Notes: a model not told the origin generated them from the sequence alone. A stretch of 64,000 bases of DNA from Scenedesmus sp. PABB004 (GCA_014905635.1 JABVCE010000002.1:124001-188000); one strand, 5' to 3'. Shown: positions 38,947 to 50,343, counted from the stretch's first letter. Numbers and translations are program-made.

Positions 38947-40592
38947 CTACTCCTTGGGGATGCTGGCCATCGCGGTCGCGGGCGTGGAGTCGCCCGCGGC
39001 GTTGAGCGCGGTCACGGTGATCGCGTACTCGACGCCGCGCTGGAGCTGGCTCAGCGTGAAGCTCGTGGCGGACACCTTGGCCTCCGCGACGCGGTCGCCA
39101 GTCTTGAGCGCATACGCGTCCACCCGATACTCGGGCGCGCAGATGCCGGCGTTGCCGTTGGACCAGGTCAGCGCGAGCTTGTCGCTGCCCACGGGCCGCG
39201 CCTTGAGCTCCGCCGGCGCGTACGGCGCGGCGTCGGCGACGCAGCCCGGCGATGCGCCGTCCGGCGCGGTCGCCGCGCCGCCCGGCGCCGCGCTGCCCGA
39301 CTCGGTGCCGCGCGGCGCCGCGCCGGCCGCGGCCGCCACGCCGCCCGCGTCGGTGGCGACGCGCAGCGTCGCCGCGCCGCCGTCGCCCTGCGCGGACGTG
39401 GGCGTCACGGTGACGGTGAAGGCGCTCGAAGGTGACAAGTCGGTGATCAGCAGCTCCCGGTAGGTCACGTCGACGCGCGTGCTCACCACGCTGCGGCCTG
39501 CGCGCGCGCGGCGCGGCGGCGCCGGGCGTGCGCGCGTGGGGCGGGCGTGCAGCGGCGCGCGTCAGCAACAGAGCGAGCGAGGGAGGGAGGCAGCGCGCGC
39601 GGCGGGGTGCGCCGCGGTGCGCCGCGGCGGCGGCGTGACTCACGCCCCGCCTCGTCGACCACGTCGACGCGGTAGCCGCCGAGGCAGCCGGGCGCGGCGG
39701 GCAGGGACCAGCGCAGGTGCAGCGTGCGCGCGTTGGAGGCGTACGGCCCGCCGACCAGCCCCCGCACGGCGCTGGGCTTGCAGCCGTCGTTCGCGGGCGC
39801 GGGCGCGGGCGCCGGCGCCGGCGCCAGCGCCGGCGGCGCGGGCGCCTGTGCAGGTGCCGGAGCCGGCGCCGCGGCGGGCGTGGGCCTGGGCGCGGGCCCG
39901 GGCTGGGCCCGGAACGCGCACGACGCGCCGCCCTCAAAGCCCCACAGGTTGCCCTTGGAGTCGCGGCTGCTGGGCGTGGTGCTCGGGCTGCCCTTGCACG
40001 CCGGCGCGCGGAGCCAAGCGGGGTCGGCGGCCGGCGCCGCGGCCGTCCTTGCGACGGCGGAGCTCGTCGGGCTGTTGCCGCGCCGCCGGCTGAGGGCCAC
40101 CACCTCGACCGTGTAGTCGGTGGACGGCCGCAGGCCGCTGATGACCTGCCCCGGCTGCGCGTTGGGAACTATCTGCCCGGGCGCGCCGCCGCTGCCCCGC
40201 ACCGCCACTGTCCCGCGGCAGCCGCGGCGAAGCGGCGGTGGCGGCGGCGGCGGCGGCGGCAGCGCGTGCGCGTCAGCCACATTTGCGGCGGCGTGGCCAG
40301 GGGCCGTGCTTTGGGGGGCGCTGCCCAAGCCGCCGCCGGACGGGCGTCACCGGATCGCGGCGCTGCTGCACGCACCTGTGTAGGAGTCGACGCACGCCGC
40401 GTTGCTCGGGCCGCCCCAGCGGACGCGCAGGGAGCCGGCCGCCTGCGCGCGCTCCACGGCCAGCGCGCGGAGCGCGGTGGGCCGCGCGTCGGTGCAGGCC
40501 GCCTGCTGCGCTTCAACTGACGGGCTGTACGCCACGCAGAGGATCACCGAGAGCACCAGCGCCGCCCGCGCGGTGCGCATGGGTGGCGCCAT
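38947..40592 (-). CDS. Secreted FN3 x3 + CBM10-like protein, paralog 2
   Basis: Signal peptide. Exons 40592-40376, 40207-39644, 39497-38947. GLRPSTDYTVEV, WLRAPACKG..DSKGNLWGFEGGASCAF, LQRGVEYAITVTALN. Confidence 0.8.
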
Positions 40593-41238
40593 GGCCGCCT
40601 CCAACCGATCGGACCCTTTCTGGCAGGTGCTCGCGGGCCTAGCGAGGGCTGCGCGACGCGCCGCGTGCAGAACGGCGTGTGAGCGGCCGGCGCACGCGCG
40701 TCAAAGCGCCTGCCACCAGAACCGCCGGCGCGCGGCGGCTGCGCTGCGTTCCGGCGGCCAACTGGTGACGCCAGCTGTCCCCCCCCCTCCCCGCCGCCGC
40801 TGGTCGTCGTCTTCAATCTGATTGCTGCCGCCGGGTGACTCCCGTGAGCTGTGACGGCGGGCAGCGAGCGTTGCCAAGCACCGCGCTACATGCGCCAGCA
40901 CACCCGCCACGGTCGAAGCCCAGAGAGCTCGTATCTCCGCGCTGGCAAAACACAAGAGCACGTGCAGCAGACCAATCGGTGCAGTGTGGGCGCTCGAGTG
41001 CCCCCCTCGCCAGTCATCACAGCTGCGCGCGGCTGCGCTCGCAGCAGCAGTCACGGGCCGGCGCCCAGAGCAGCCGACGGCCTCCTGCGGTTCAACATCC
41101 TGCCTCTCCAGCTCGCCAGCTCAAGAGACACGCTCCCTGCCTATGTGCACGCCCGCGCCTGCAGCGACGCAGCAGGCCCAGCGCGGCCAGCTGCCGCGCC
41201 CGGGCCCGCACCACGCCCCCCGCCCCCTCCCACACCCC

Positions 41239-43286
41239 TCAGCGCCCGCTGCCGGCGCGGCGCGGCGGCGCCGGCGCCGCCGCGGGCGCGCGCGCGGCGA
41301 GGGGGATGCTGGCCATCGCGGTCGCGGGCGTGGAGTCGCCCGCCGCGTTGACCGCGGCGATGGTGAACGCGTAGGTGACGCCCGGCTTGAGGTGCGCGGC
41401 GACAAACTGGTTGAACGCGGTGCTCGTCTCCAGCACGCGGTCGCCGGTCTTGAGCTCGTAGGCGTCGATGTGGAACGAGTCGGTGCAGACCGAGGGGTCG
41501 GCGTTGCTCCAGCTCAGCACGATCGTGTCGCGCCCGGACGCCTTGGCGTCAAAGCCGAGCGGCGCGGGCGGCTCGGCGTCGGCGCGGCAGTCGCCCGTGC
41601 TGATGGCCGCCTGCGCCGGCGGCGGCGTCCAGGGCTGGAAGGCGAGCTGCTCGGGGCTCTCCGTGGTGATGGCGGGCGCGGGCTGCGGCGCCGGCGCGGG
41701 CGCGGGCGCCGCCGCGGGCGGGGGCGCCGGCCGGAACGCGCAGCTCGCGCCGCCCTCGTAGCCCCAGAGCCGGCCGCGGCCGTCCTTGGTGGTCACCGAG
41801 GTGCGGGGGTTGCCGTTGCAGGGGCGCGCGGACAGCCAGGGGTCGCCCGCGGCCGGCCGCGGCGCGGGGCGCGGCGCGGCGGGCCGCGCCGGCGCCGGCG
41901 TCGGCGCCGGCGCCGGCCGCGGCGCCGCGGGCCGCGCGGGCGCCTGTGCGGGCGCCTGTGCGGGCGCCGGTGCGGGCGCCTGTACGGGCGCTAGTGCGGG
42001 CGCGGGCGCCGGGCCGTCGGTCGTGACCGAGGCGTAGGCCTTGGGGCCGTCGCCGGCGGCGTGGGTGGCGAGGACGATGAAGTTGTAGCGCGTGCCCGGC
42101 AGCAGCCCGTTGACGCCCAGCTCCTCCACGCCCGAGCGCACGGTGATGTCGACGACCTTTTGGGCTGCGGCGCGGCGCGGCGGGCGCGGCGGGCGCGGCG
42201 GGCGCGGCGGCGCGGTGGGCGCGGCGGCGCGGTGGGCGCGGCGGCGCGGTGGGGGCGAGCGCGGACGTGGCAGGGTGGGCGGTGCGCCCCGCCTGCCGCG
42301 CCGCGCGTCACCTGTCTTTGCGTCAAAGCCCTGCACCTTGTAGCCCGTGAAGCAGGCGTTGACCGGCACCTTGGGCGCGTCCCACGCGACCGTCACCTTG
42401 TCAGCGCGCCCCGCGACCTTGGTGATGCGCGCCGCGCTGGGCGCGCCCGGCGTCTGCCGCGGGTTGCAGCTGGGGCCGGTCAACGTGGTGACCGTGGCGG
42501 TCGCAAAGGGCCCCGACCCTTGCCGCCTGCGCCGCGCCGGGCGGGGCGGGGCGGTCGGCGGTCGGCGGTCGGCGGTCGGCGGTCGGCGGTCGGCGGTCGG
42601 CGGTCGGCGGTCGGCGGTCGGCGGTCGGCGGTCGGCGGTCGGCGGTCGGCGTTCGGCGTTCGGCGTTCGGCGGTCGGCGGTCGGCGGTCGGCGGTCGGCG
42701 GTCGGCGGTCGGCAGTCGGCGGCGGCGCGGCGCGGCGCGGCGCGGCGCGGCGCGTGACGGCTGGGCGCCGCACCTGCTGACGGGCACGACGTCCACACGG
42801 TACGCGGTGTTGGGCTTGAGGTTGGAGATGATCACGCTGCGCGAGCGCACCTTGTGCGGCGACGGCTCGCGCGTCGCGCCGCTCAGCGGCCGCACGAGCA
42901 CTGCGCGGGCGTCGGCGGAGAGGGTGGGCGTGGGGGCGGCGCCGCCGGGCGCCGGGTTCGGCCCCCCGGCCCGCCGGCGCGGCGTCACCAGCCAGCTGCC
43001 GGCTGCTGCTGCGCCCGCCGCCGCCTGCCGCCGCCGCCGCGGCGCGCTGCTGCCGCTGCGCTGCGCCCAGGCGCCACCCACCAAAGTAGTGGTCGACGCA
43101 GGCGTTGTTCTCGGGCGCGTCCCAGATGGCGCCGATGCTCGACGTGGCCGGCATGGCGCGCAGGCGCAGCGCGCGGGGCTTGTTTGGCCGCAGCGACGCC
43201 GCGCACGGCGACTGCGACTGTGCGTGAGCTAGTCCCGCGGTCGCCAGCAGCAGCACCAGCGCCGCCGCGCAGGCGCGGGCAGCCAT
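41239..43286 (-). CDS. Secreted FN3 x3 + CBM10-like protein, paralog 3
   Basis: Signal peptide MAARACAAALVLLLATAGLAHA. Four exons. NLKPNTAYRVDV, GLLPGTRYNFIV, WLSARPCNG..DGRGRLWGYEGGASCAF, LKPGVTYAFTIAAVN. Confidence 0.8.
42550..42720. repeat. Intronic heptamer minisatellite (GGCGGTC)n, about 24 units
   Basis: Directly visible, with a few GGCGTTC variants. Confidence 0.95.
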
Positions 43287-43606
43287 TGTGCTGCTGCTGC
43301 TCCCCGCCAGCGCCGCCGCGCGATGCTGCGCCGCACGGCGTCAGCAGGACGCCTAGTCGCCGGTGGCCCAGTCGCGACGGCACGTGGCGGCGTCCGCGAG
43401 CGGGCGGCCGAGTGGCGGGCGCACGCCCGGGCGGCGGTGCCGCGCGGGACCGAGGCGGTGCGTGCTAGCGTCGGCGGAACTGGGCGGTGCGGCCGATGCG
43501 GGCGGCGACGGCGGGCGAGTGACAAAAAAACATGCCAGGCAATGGCGCGGTCGCGCTCCGAGCTCAAAACTCAGCCGCATCCCACTCATGATGTCTCGGC
43601 TCGCGC

Positions 43607-44649
43607 TCACGCGGCCTTGCCGGCCGCCGCGAGCGCCGCGGTGAGCGGCGATGCCGCGCCGCCCGCCTCGGGCGGCGCGCCGCAGAACTCGCGCAGGCAG
43701 GCCGCCGAGAACTCCAGCTGCTGCGCCAGGCTGCGTAACAGGAGGGGCGGCGGCCGTCGGCGCCGGCGCACGGCACGCGCGCGCAGTGGCGAGCCGCGGT
43801 CGACCGCGTGCGGCGGCGCGCGGGCGCGCACCTGCCCTCCAGCGCCCGGCGCGCCTCCTCGCTGCCGCCCGGCAGCGGCGCCGCGCCCGCGCCCGCGCGG
43901 CCCAGCATCCCCAGCAGCGTCGCGTCGATGCGCAGGAGGCGCATGTTGAGCTCGTTGCAGATGCCCGCCGTGTTGACCGCCGCGCCAGGGTTCACCGACT
44001 TGATCAGGGTCGTCCTGCGGCCGCGCGCCCGCGTGTGGGCGGCTGCGCGCAGCGCCTGCCGCCGCGCCGCGCGTGCACGCGGGCGCCGCCGTCGCACCTG
44101 TGCGTGTGCCACTGCTTCTGGCTGTGCGTGTGCGTCGTGCTGTGCGTGTGCGCGAGCACCACCGCCGCGCGGGAGGCGCCGTTGGGCGCCACCGCCGCGC
44201 GCGCGGGCCAGCAGGGCGCCGCCGGGGGCTGCGACGGCTGGGCCGCGGCCGCCGGGGGCTGCGACGGCTGGGCCGCGGCGGCGCCCTGCTGGCCCGCGCG
44301 CGCGGCGGCGGCGCCCAACGGCGCCTCCCGTGCGGCGGTGGTGTGGTAGCTCCGCGCGCGCCAGCCTGCGCGGTGCCACGCGGCGCACGGCGCCGAGGCG
44401 GCGGCGCGGCCGCGCGGCGCGCTCTGCGGTGCGCGCGCGTGGGCGGGCAGGCAGAGGGCGTGGGAAAGCCGCGGTCTTGGCGGCGGCGCATTGAGAGGGC
44501 CCACGCGGACCGGGGTCCGCGCGGCCTTCGCGCCGGGACGCGAGCAGCGCGGCGCAGGCCGAACGGCCCGGCCGCCCAGCAGCGCCCTGGCGCGCCTGGC
44601 AGGCGCCTCCTGGCACCCACGGCTTGGCTGACAGCTCGCTGAGCGGCAT
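43607..44649 (-). CDS. Small hypothetical protein (about 110 aa) whose long first intron carries a hairpin
   Basis: Exons 44649-44621, 44014-43832 and 43730-43607 join in frame via GT-AG: MPLSELSAKPTTLIKSVNPGAAVNTAGICNELNMRLLRID...SLAQQLEFSAACLREFC...*. Confidence 0.5.
44157..44343. repeat. 68-bp inverted repeat (2 mismatches) around a 30-nt tandem duplication
   Basis: Arm 44157-44224 is the reverse complement of 44276-44343. Confidence 0.95.
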
Positions 44650-44990
44650 TGTGGGGGGCAGCGCGCGGCGGCGCGGCGGGCGACGAGCAGCTGTGCTGGC
44701 CGGCTGCAACTTCAACTTTCGGGCGCCCCGCAAGCCGCTGTCAACTCGCGCGGAGCTGTGGGGCAGCGGAGAGGTGGAAGGGCGGGCGCTCGAGCGCGGG
44801 GCTGCAGCCGGTCCGCCGCTGGTCCGCTACAGCCTCGGCGCTCGACTGCTCGAGGAAGCGCCCGCGGTTGCAGGAAGCGCCCGGCGCTGCCAGGCCCAGA
44901 TCAGAGGGCAGCCCGCCGGGGGGTCGTGGCGTGCGCGCGCTGCGCCGCCGCCCAACCAAACACGCGTGCCGTGCGCCGACCCGCTGCGCG

Positions 44991-47013
44991 TCACCGCGTC
45001 GGGCGGCGCGCGGCGCTCGGGCCTGCCGTTTCCGCGCCGCCGGCGCCGTCCTGCCGCCGCGCCACCAGGCCCAGCAGGCGCAGCGCGCCGAGCAGCAGGC
45101 TGCCGGTCGCGCAGAAGAGCCGCGCGTACGCGCGCGTCCACAGGCGCACGGGGAGCAGCACGAAGAACACGATGCCGCCCAGGATCTCCGCGGGGTGCAG
45201 CACACGGAACACCAGCCGCACCAGCCGCCTGCCGCGGCACGGGCCCGGCGCCGTTGCGGCGGCGGCGGGCGCGGCGGCGGCGGCGGCGGCGGCGGGCGCG
45301 GCGGCGGCGGCGCGTGGGCGGGCGCGGCGGGCGCGGCGGCGGCCGCGGCCGCGGGCGGCCGAGCGCCGGCCGGCCGGCGCCGCGGCGCGCACCTGCTGCG
45401 CTTGCCCATGGGGAACAGCGCGTCCAGCACCTCCAGCGCCGCCAGCCGCACCGAGCGCGGCGCATAGTACGGGCCGCCTGCGCGGCGCGGCCGCGCGTGG
45501 GCCGCCGCGCGCGCGCAGGCTGCCCAGCGCCGCAGCCGCCGCCCAACCGCCCGCACGGCTGCCGCTGCCCCGCCCCGCCCCCGCGCCGCCACCGCCGGCG
45601 CGCACCCGGCGAGGTGAGGCTGTACAGCTCGCTCTGCAGGCGCAGGCGCGTGATGGCGCTCAGGCTGCGCAGGTGCGCCGCGCCGCCGAGGGCCTTGAGG
45701 CAGGACAGGTAGGTCAGCAGGCCCTGCTCGGTGCGCACGCGGCTGATGGTGTCTGTCACCTCGCCGAGCAGAAAGTCGGCGCCCTCGCCCGGCGTGTGCC
45801 CGCCCTCCGCCAGCGTGTGCGCGGGCGAGGGGAAGTCCTCCAGCACCTGCTTCGCGCCCTGCCCGCCCCAGCGACGGCGGCGGCGGCGGCGGCGGCGCGC
45901 TCAGCCGCGGCGGCGCGCACGGCGCGCACCCCCCGGCGCGCGCCCGCCGCCGCCGCCGCGGCGCAACGCGGCGCGCGGCGCGCGGCGCGCGGCGCGTGGC
46001 GCAACGCGGCGGCGCACCCCCGGCGGGTGGTAGTATGGGATGTAGGCGGCGACGACGCTGAGCACGTTCTCCCGCGCCTGCGCGGGCAGCTCGTCGAGCG
46101 CGGCCCGGTTGGGCGAGAGCACGACGTCGGCCGAGAGGAAGGCAAAGAGCGCGGCAAACTTCTGGATGCCGCTCTGCACGTCGCCCAGGAAGAGCTGGCG
46201 GCTGCCGTACATGAGCACGTTGACGTGCTTCTGCCGCTGCTCGATGCCCCCCGCCTCGCGCCGCAGCAGCAGCCACCTGCGACGACGTCCGCGCCGCGTC
46301 GGCGGCGGCGGCGCGCCGGGCGCGCGGGCGGCCGCCGCCGCGCACGCGCCGCGGCGCCGCGCCTGTGCAGCAGCAGCGCAAACGTGGGCGCGAGGTAGGG
46401 CAGGCCCCAGAGGCGCTTGCAAAAGTACAGCAGCGTGTCGGCGGCGACATTGTTCTGCGGCGCGCGGCGCGGCGCTGCCGCTCAGCGGCTGCCCAGCAGC
46501 GCGGAGGCCGGCCGCGCGGCGCGGCATGCGCGCGCAGGGAAGGGCACACGCCCACCTGGTAGTAGAAGGGGGCGAGCACCTCGAAGAAGCACACCGGGCC
46601 CGCCTGCTGCACGTGCAGCCGCTCTGCGCCCGCGCGGCGCGGCGGCGCGCGCGCGCGGGTCAGGGCGGCGCGCCACACCGCCGCGCGCGCCGCGCCTGCC
46701 GCCGCCGCCGCCAGAGGGCGCTGCCGCCGGCGGCGGCGCGCCGGCCGAGCGGGGGGCCCGCGCCGGCCGACCTTTGGCGGTGAGGTCGAGCTGGCCGGTG
46801 ATGTCGCAGAACACCTCCTCGCAGATGATCTCGCGGTCCTCCTTGGTCTCCGCCTCCGTGGCCTGCGCAGGGCGGCGCCCGCGCCCTCGCGGCCGCGCCC
46901 GCGACAGCGCCGCGCGGCGGGCAGCAGCGGCAGCAGCGGCCGCCGCCGCTCACCAGGCGCAGCTTGCGGAGCAGCTCCTGCGACAGCACCTCCTCCGGCC
47001 GTGCGTCGTCCAT
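44991..47013 (-). CDS. Conserved uncharacterised green-lineage protein with hydrophobic C-terminus
   Basis: About 8 exons join in frame: LSQELLRKL, FFEVLAPFY, LWGLPYLAPTFALLLHRWL, LYSLTSPGGPYYAPRSVRLAALEVLDALFPMG...LVFRVLHP. Resembles a plant unknown-function family from memory. Confidence 0.7.
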
Positions 47014-47063
47014 GGGCAGCAGCGCCGTGGCCGCCGCCGTCGAACGCCTGCTGCTGCTGAAGC

Positions 47064-47162
47064 TCACGCCAGCGCGCCGAGCACCGGCACGATCACGGCC
47101 TTGGTGTACGCCGCCAGCGCGACGCCCAGCGCGGCCAGGGCGCCAAGATAGGCGGCGATCAT
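47064..47162 (-). CDS. 32-aa hydrophobic micro-ORF immediately upstream of the 47013 gene
   Basis: ATG 47162 to TGA 47064: MIAAYLGALAALGVALAAYTKAVIVPVLGALA, strong GC3 codon pattern. Not in the ORF track because it is too short. Confidence 0.5.
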   Translation of the reverse strand: MIAAYLGALAALGVALAAYTKAVIVPVLGALA

Positions 47163-47413
47163 CGCCCGCAGCGCGGCCGGCTGTCGCCTGAACAGCAGCG
47201 GTGCGCTCCGCGGCAGTGGCGGCGCTCGTACGGTTCGCTGCTGGAGTGCGGGGGGCTGGGCTGGTGGTGGGGTGTTGTGTGCAAGGCCGGCGTGAACGCG
47301 GGCCCGGCCGCCGGTGCGCGCGGCGCTAGAGCCCCGCCGCAGGGCTCAACCGCCCGCACGTCTGCCACCTGCGCACGCCGCACACCCCGGGCGCGTCGAA
47401 CGGGCCTGCAGCG

Positions 47414-48827
47414 TTACAGCTCGTACGTGTAGCGCGGCGGCAGGCCCTCGCCCCCATTGGCGCCGGCGCCTCCGCCGCCGGCGGCGGCGGGGTGCTCGCC
47501 GCCGCGCCGCGCGTCCTGCGCGGCGTCGCGCCGCGCCTGCGCCGCGTCGTCGGCGCGCCAGCGGCGCACGTCGCCCCAGGGGTAGGTCCGGAAGCAGCTG
47601 CGGCAGCCCTGGCAGGCCCAGGCGTGGCAGCTCTCGATGAGGTGGTCCCCACCGAGGACTAGTCGCGCAGCATCCATGCCCGCCAACAGCGGCGCGCTGG
47701 GGAAACCGTACACCACCGGCATCACACGGGGGCCGCTGCCGCACTTGGGGCAGCGCCGCGTGGCCGCAAAGGCCGCCTGGCGGGCGAACTGCGCGCGCCA
47801 GCTCCCGGCGGGGGCCGCCGCCGGCAGCGCGGCCGCGGCGGCGGCGGCGGCGGCGGCGGCGGCCGTCGCCGCAGCGGCGCGGTCGCCCGCCGGCTGCGCG
47901 CGCCCCGCGGCCGCTGCCAGCGCGCCGGCTGCTGATGCGCCCGTGGCCGCCGTGCTGCTGCTCCTGCTACTGGTGCTGGTGCTGCTGCCGGCCAAGCTCG
48001 GGGCGTGGTCGCCGCCAAACAGCGGCACGCGGGCCCGCCCAGGCAGGCTGTGGCCGCCGCCCGCCGCCGCTGCTGCCGTTGCCGCGCCGCCCCCGCCGGC
48101 GTGCTCGCTCGTGGGGAAGATGGCGCCGTCCCAGCGCTCTGCGAAGAGCGGCCGCCACACGCCGTCGGCCGCCGCCGCACGGCGCAGCGCGCGGCACGTG
48201 CCCGCCGCGGCCAGCAGCGAGCGCCGGTCCAGGCGTGCCAGCACCGCCTCGAGCGCGTTGGCGGGCAGCCCGTCGAGCGACGGCTGCTCCGCGGGCGGCG
48301 GCGCGCCGCCCGGCTCCTGCTGGCGCGCGGCGGCGTCGTTGCCTTCGCCGCCCAGCGCGTCGCCCAGCGCAGCGGCATCGCTGGCACCGCCTGCCGCCGC
48401 CGGCCAGCCCGCAAACGCCGTCGCGTCAAAGTCCTCGCGGCCGCCGGGGGCGGGCGACGAGAGCACGGCACGAAAGTACGAGTTCACTGCGCGTGCACGT
48501 GCGCGGGGCGCAGTCAGCGGCCGCCGCGGGCCGCGCGTGCGGTGCTGCCGCCGTGCAGCGCCTCACCTGCCCAGTGGACCTTGCCCGCGGACGTGCGGAG
48601 GTGCCAGAGCAGCCGGGCTCTGTCGGCGTGCGGGCCGACGCGCGCCACCACCGCCGCCAGCAGCTCGTCCTCGTTGGCGCACTGCGGGGGCAAGCGGAGC
48701 GGCGCAGCAGCATCTGCGCCGCCGCCAGCCGCAGCGCGGCCGCCCTGTCCACGCCGTACGCTCTACGTACCGGTGGCGGGTCCTGCGCGAGCGAGAGCTT
48801 CACGCTGCCGCTGTCGAACAGCGCCAT
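47414..48827 (-). CDS. UBA-like + F-box + CxxC...CxxC zinc-ribbon protein
   Basis: Exons 48827-48771, 48681-48567, 48486-47414. LRTSAGKVHWAVNSYF (UBA-like), LDGLPANALEAVLARLD...TCRALR...VWR (F-box), CPKCGS...VVYGFP...LGG...WACQGC. Confidence 0.75.
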
Positions 48828-49004
48828 CGCGCGGGACGGCCCCGGCGCGGCGTACCGGCGCCGCTGCTGCTGCTGTCGGTCTGCCCGCAGCGCGGCACCA
48901 GAGAAGAACTGGCCTGTGCTGTGCCCGGCACTGCTATGCTGCGGCAGCGGTGTCGCTGAGAGATCCAGCGCAGAGCCCCGGCCGCGGACCGCGGCGTCGC
49001 TCCG

Positions 49005-49046
49005 TCACACGCGCAACCGCCGCTGGGCGTACGGGCTCACATAGCT

Positions 49047-49078
<32 letters not shown>

Positions 49079-49389
49079 GTCGCCGCGCGCTGCTGCCCGG
49101 CGCGCCGCCACCCGGCGCGTCCGTCGCCGCGAGGCCGCCGCCCGCCTTGCCGCGCCGGGCGCCGCCAGCTGCGGCGTTGACCGAGCTGCTGGCCAGGCTG
49201 CCGGGCGGCTGCAGGCTGCTGCTGCTGGTCTCGCCGGCCTTGCTGAACCTGCGTGCAGCGGCGGTGCACGGCGTTGAGTCCCCGGCCGGCGGGGCCCGGC
49301 GTCGGCTGCAGCCCGGCACGTGGCCGGCACCTGCGGCGCCCCACCTCGGCAGCGGCGGGGGAGCGACGGCGGCGGGCGCCGCGGCGGCG

Positions 49390-49485
<96 letters not shown>

Positions 49486-50311
49486 GCGCGGCCGCCCTGC
49501 GCCTGGCTGTAGCCCTGCGGCGCCCACGCCTTGGCCGCGCCCGCCGGCTGCTGCGCGTATCGGCCGGCCTGCGGCGCGGCGAGGTGGGCAACGGGTGAAC
49601 GACGCGCACCGCCGGGAGGGGCCAGCCGCCGCGCGCGCGGTTGCTCGCCTGCTGGGCCCCGTGGCTGCCGCGGCGCTGCCGCGCCGCCGCGCCGCCGAGC
49701 GCCACGCCCGAAGCCTGTTGCGCCAGGCCGCCGCCCGGCTTGCCCGGCAGCCGCGGCAGCTGCAGCGGCGCCCCGCCGCCGCCGGGAGCGGCGTGCAGCT
49801 CGCTGGCCTCCTCGCGCGGACTGGCCCCGCTGGCCTGCAGCTCGAGCCCGTGCGTGTGCGTCGCCACCGACGCCTCGCTCGGCAGGCGCGCCAGCGAGCC
49901 CTCGTGCACGCGCAGGCTGGCGGCGCCTGTGATGGTCAGCCCGTCAAAGGCCAGCGGCGCCGCTTGCTGCAGCGCTGACTGCTGCGACGCGGCGCCGTGC
50001 GGCGGCAGCGCGCCGCCCGCGTGTGCCGCGTGGTGCTGCGCCTGGTGGTGGTGGTGTTGCTGCTGCTGCTGCGCCGGCGGCAGCTGCAGCGGCAGCTGCG
50101 GCGCCAGCTGCTGCGCGTGGTGCCCGGGCACCACACCCGCCGGCTGTGGCGGCGCGGCGGCGACCTTGATGCCGCTGCCGGCGATGGCTGGCAGGCTGGT
50201 GCAGCTGCTGCCGCCGCCGCACGCCGCCGCCGCCGCTGCGCCGTGCTCGCCAGCTGCGGGCGCAGCAGCAGGTGGCGGCGCGCCGTTGGAGGCGCGCCTC
50301 GTGGCCCCGCC

Positions 50312-50343
<32 letters not shown>

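Noticed and set aside
42550..42720. Regular repeat array as a possible CRISPR
   Set aside because: A spacerless heptamer satellite in a eukaryotic intron, with no cas genes.
47064..47162. Micro-ORF as a nucleus-relocated PetL
   Set aside because: Only generic hydrophobic similarity, no transit peptide, and petL is normally plastid-encoded.
48682..48770. Apparent frameshift in the F-box gene N-terminus
   Set aside because: Resolved by a canonical GTACGT...CCCGCAG intron.
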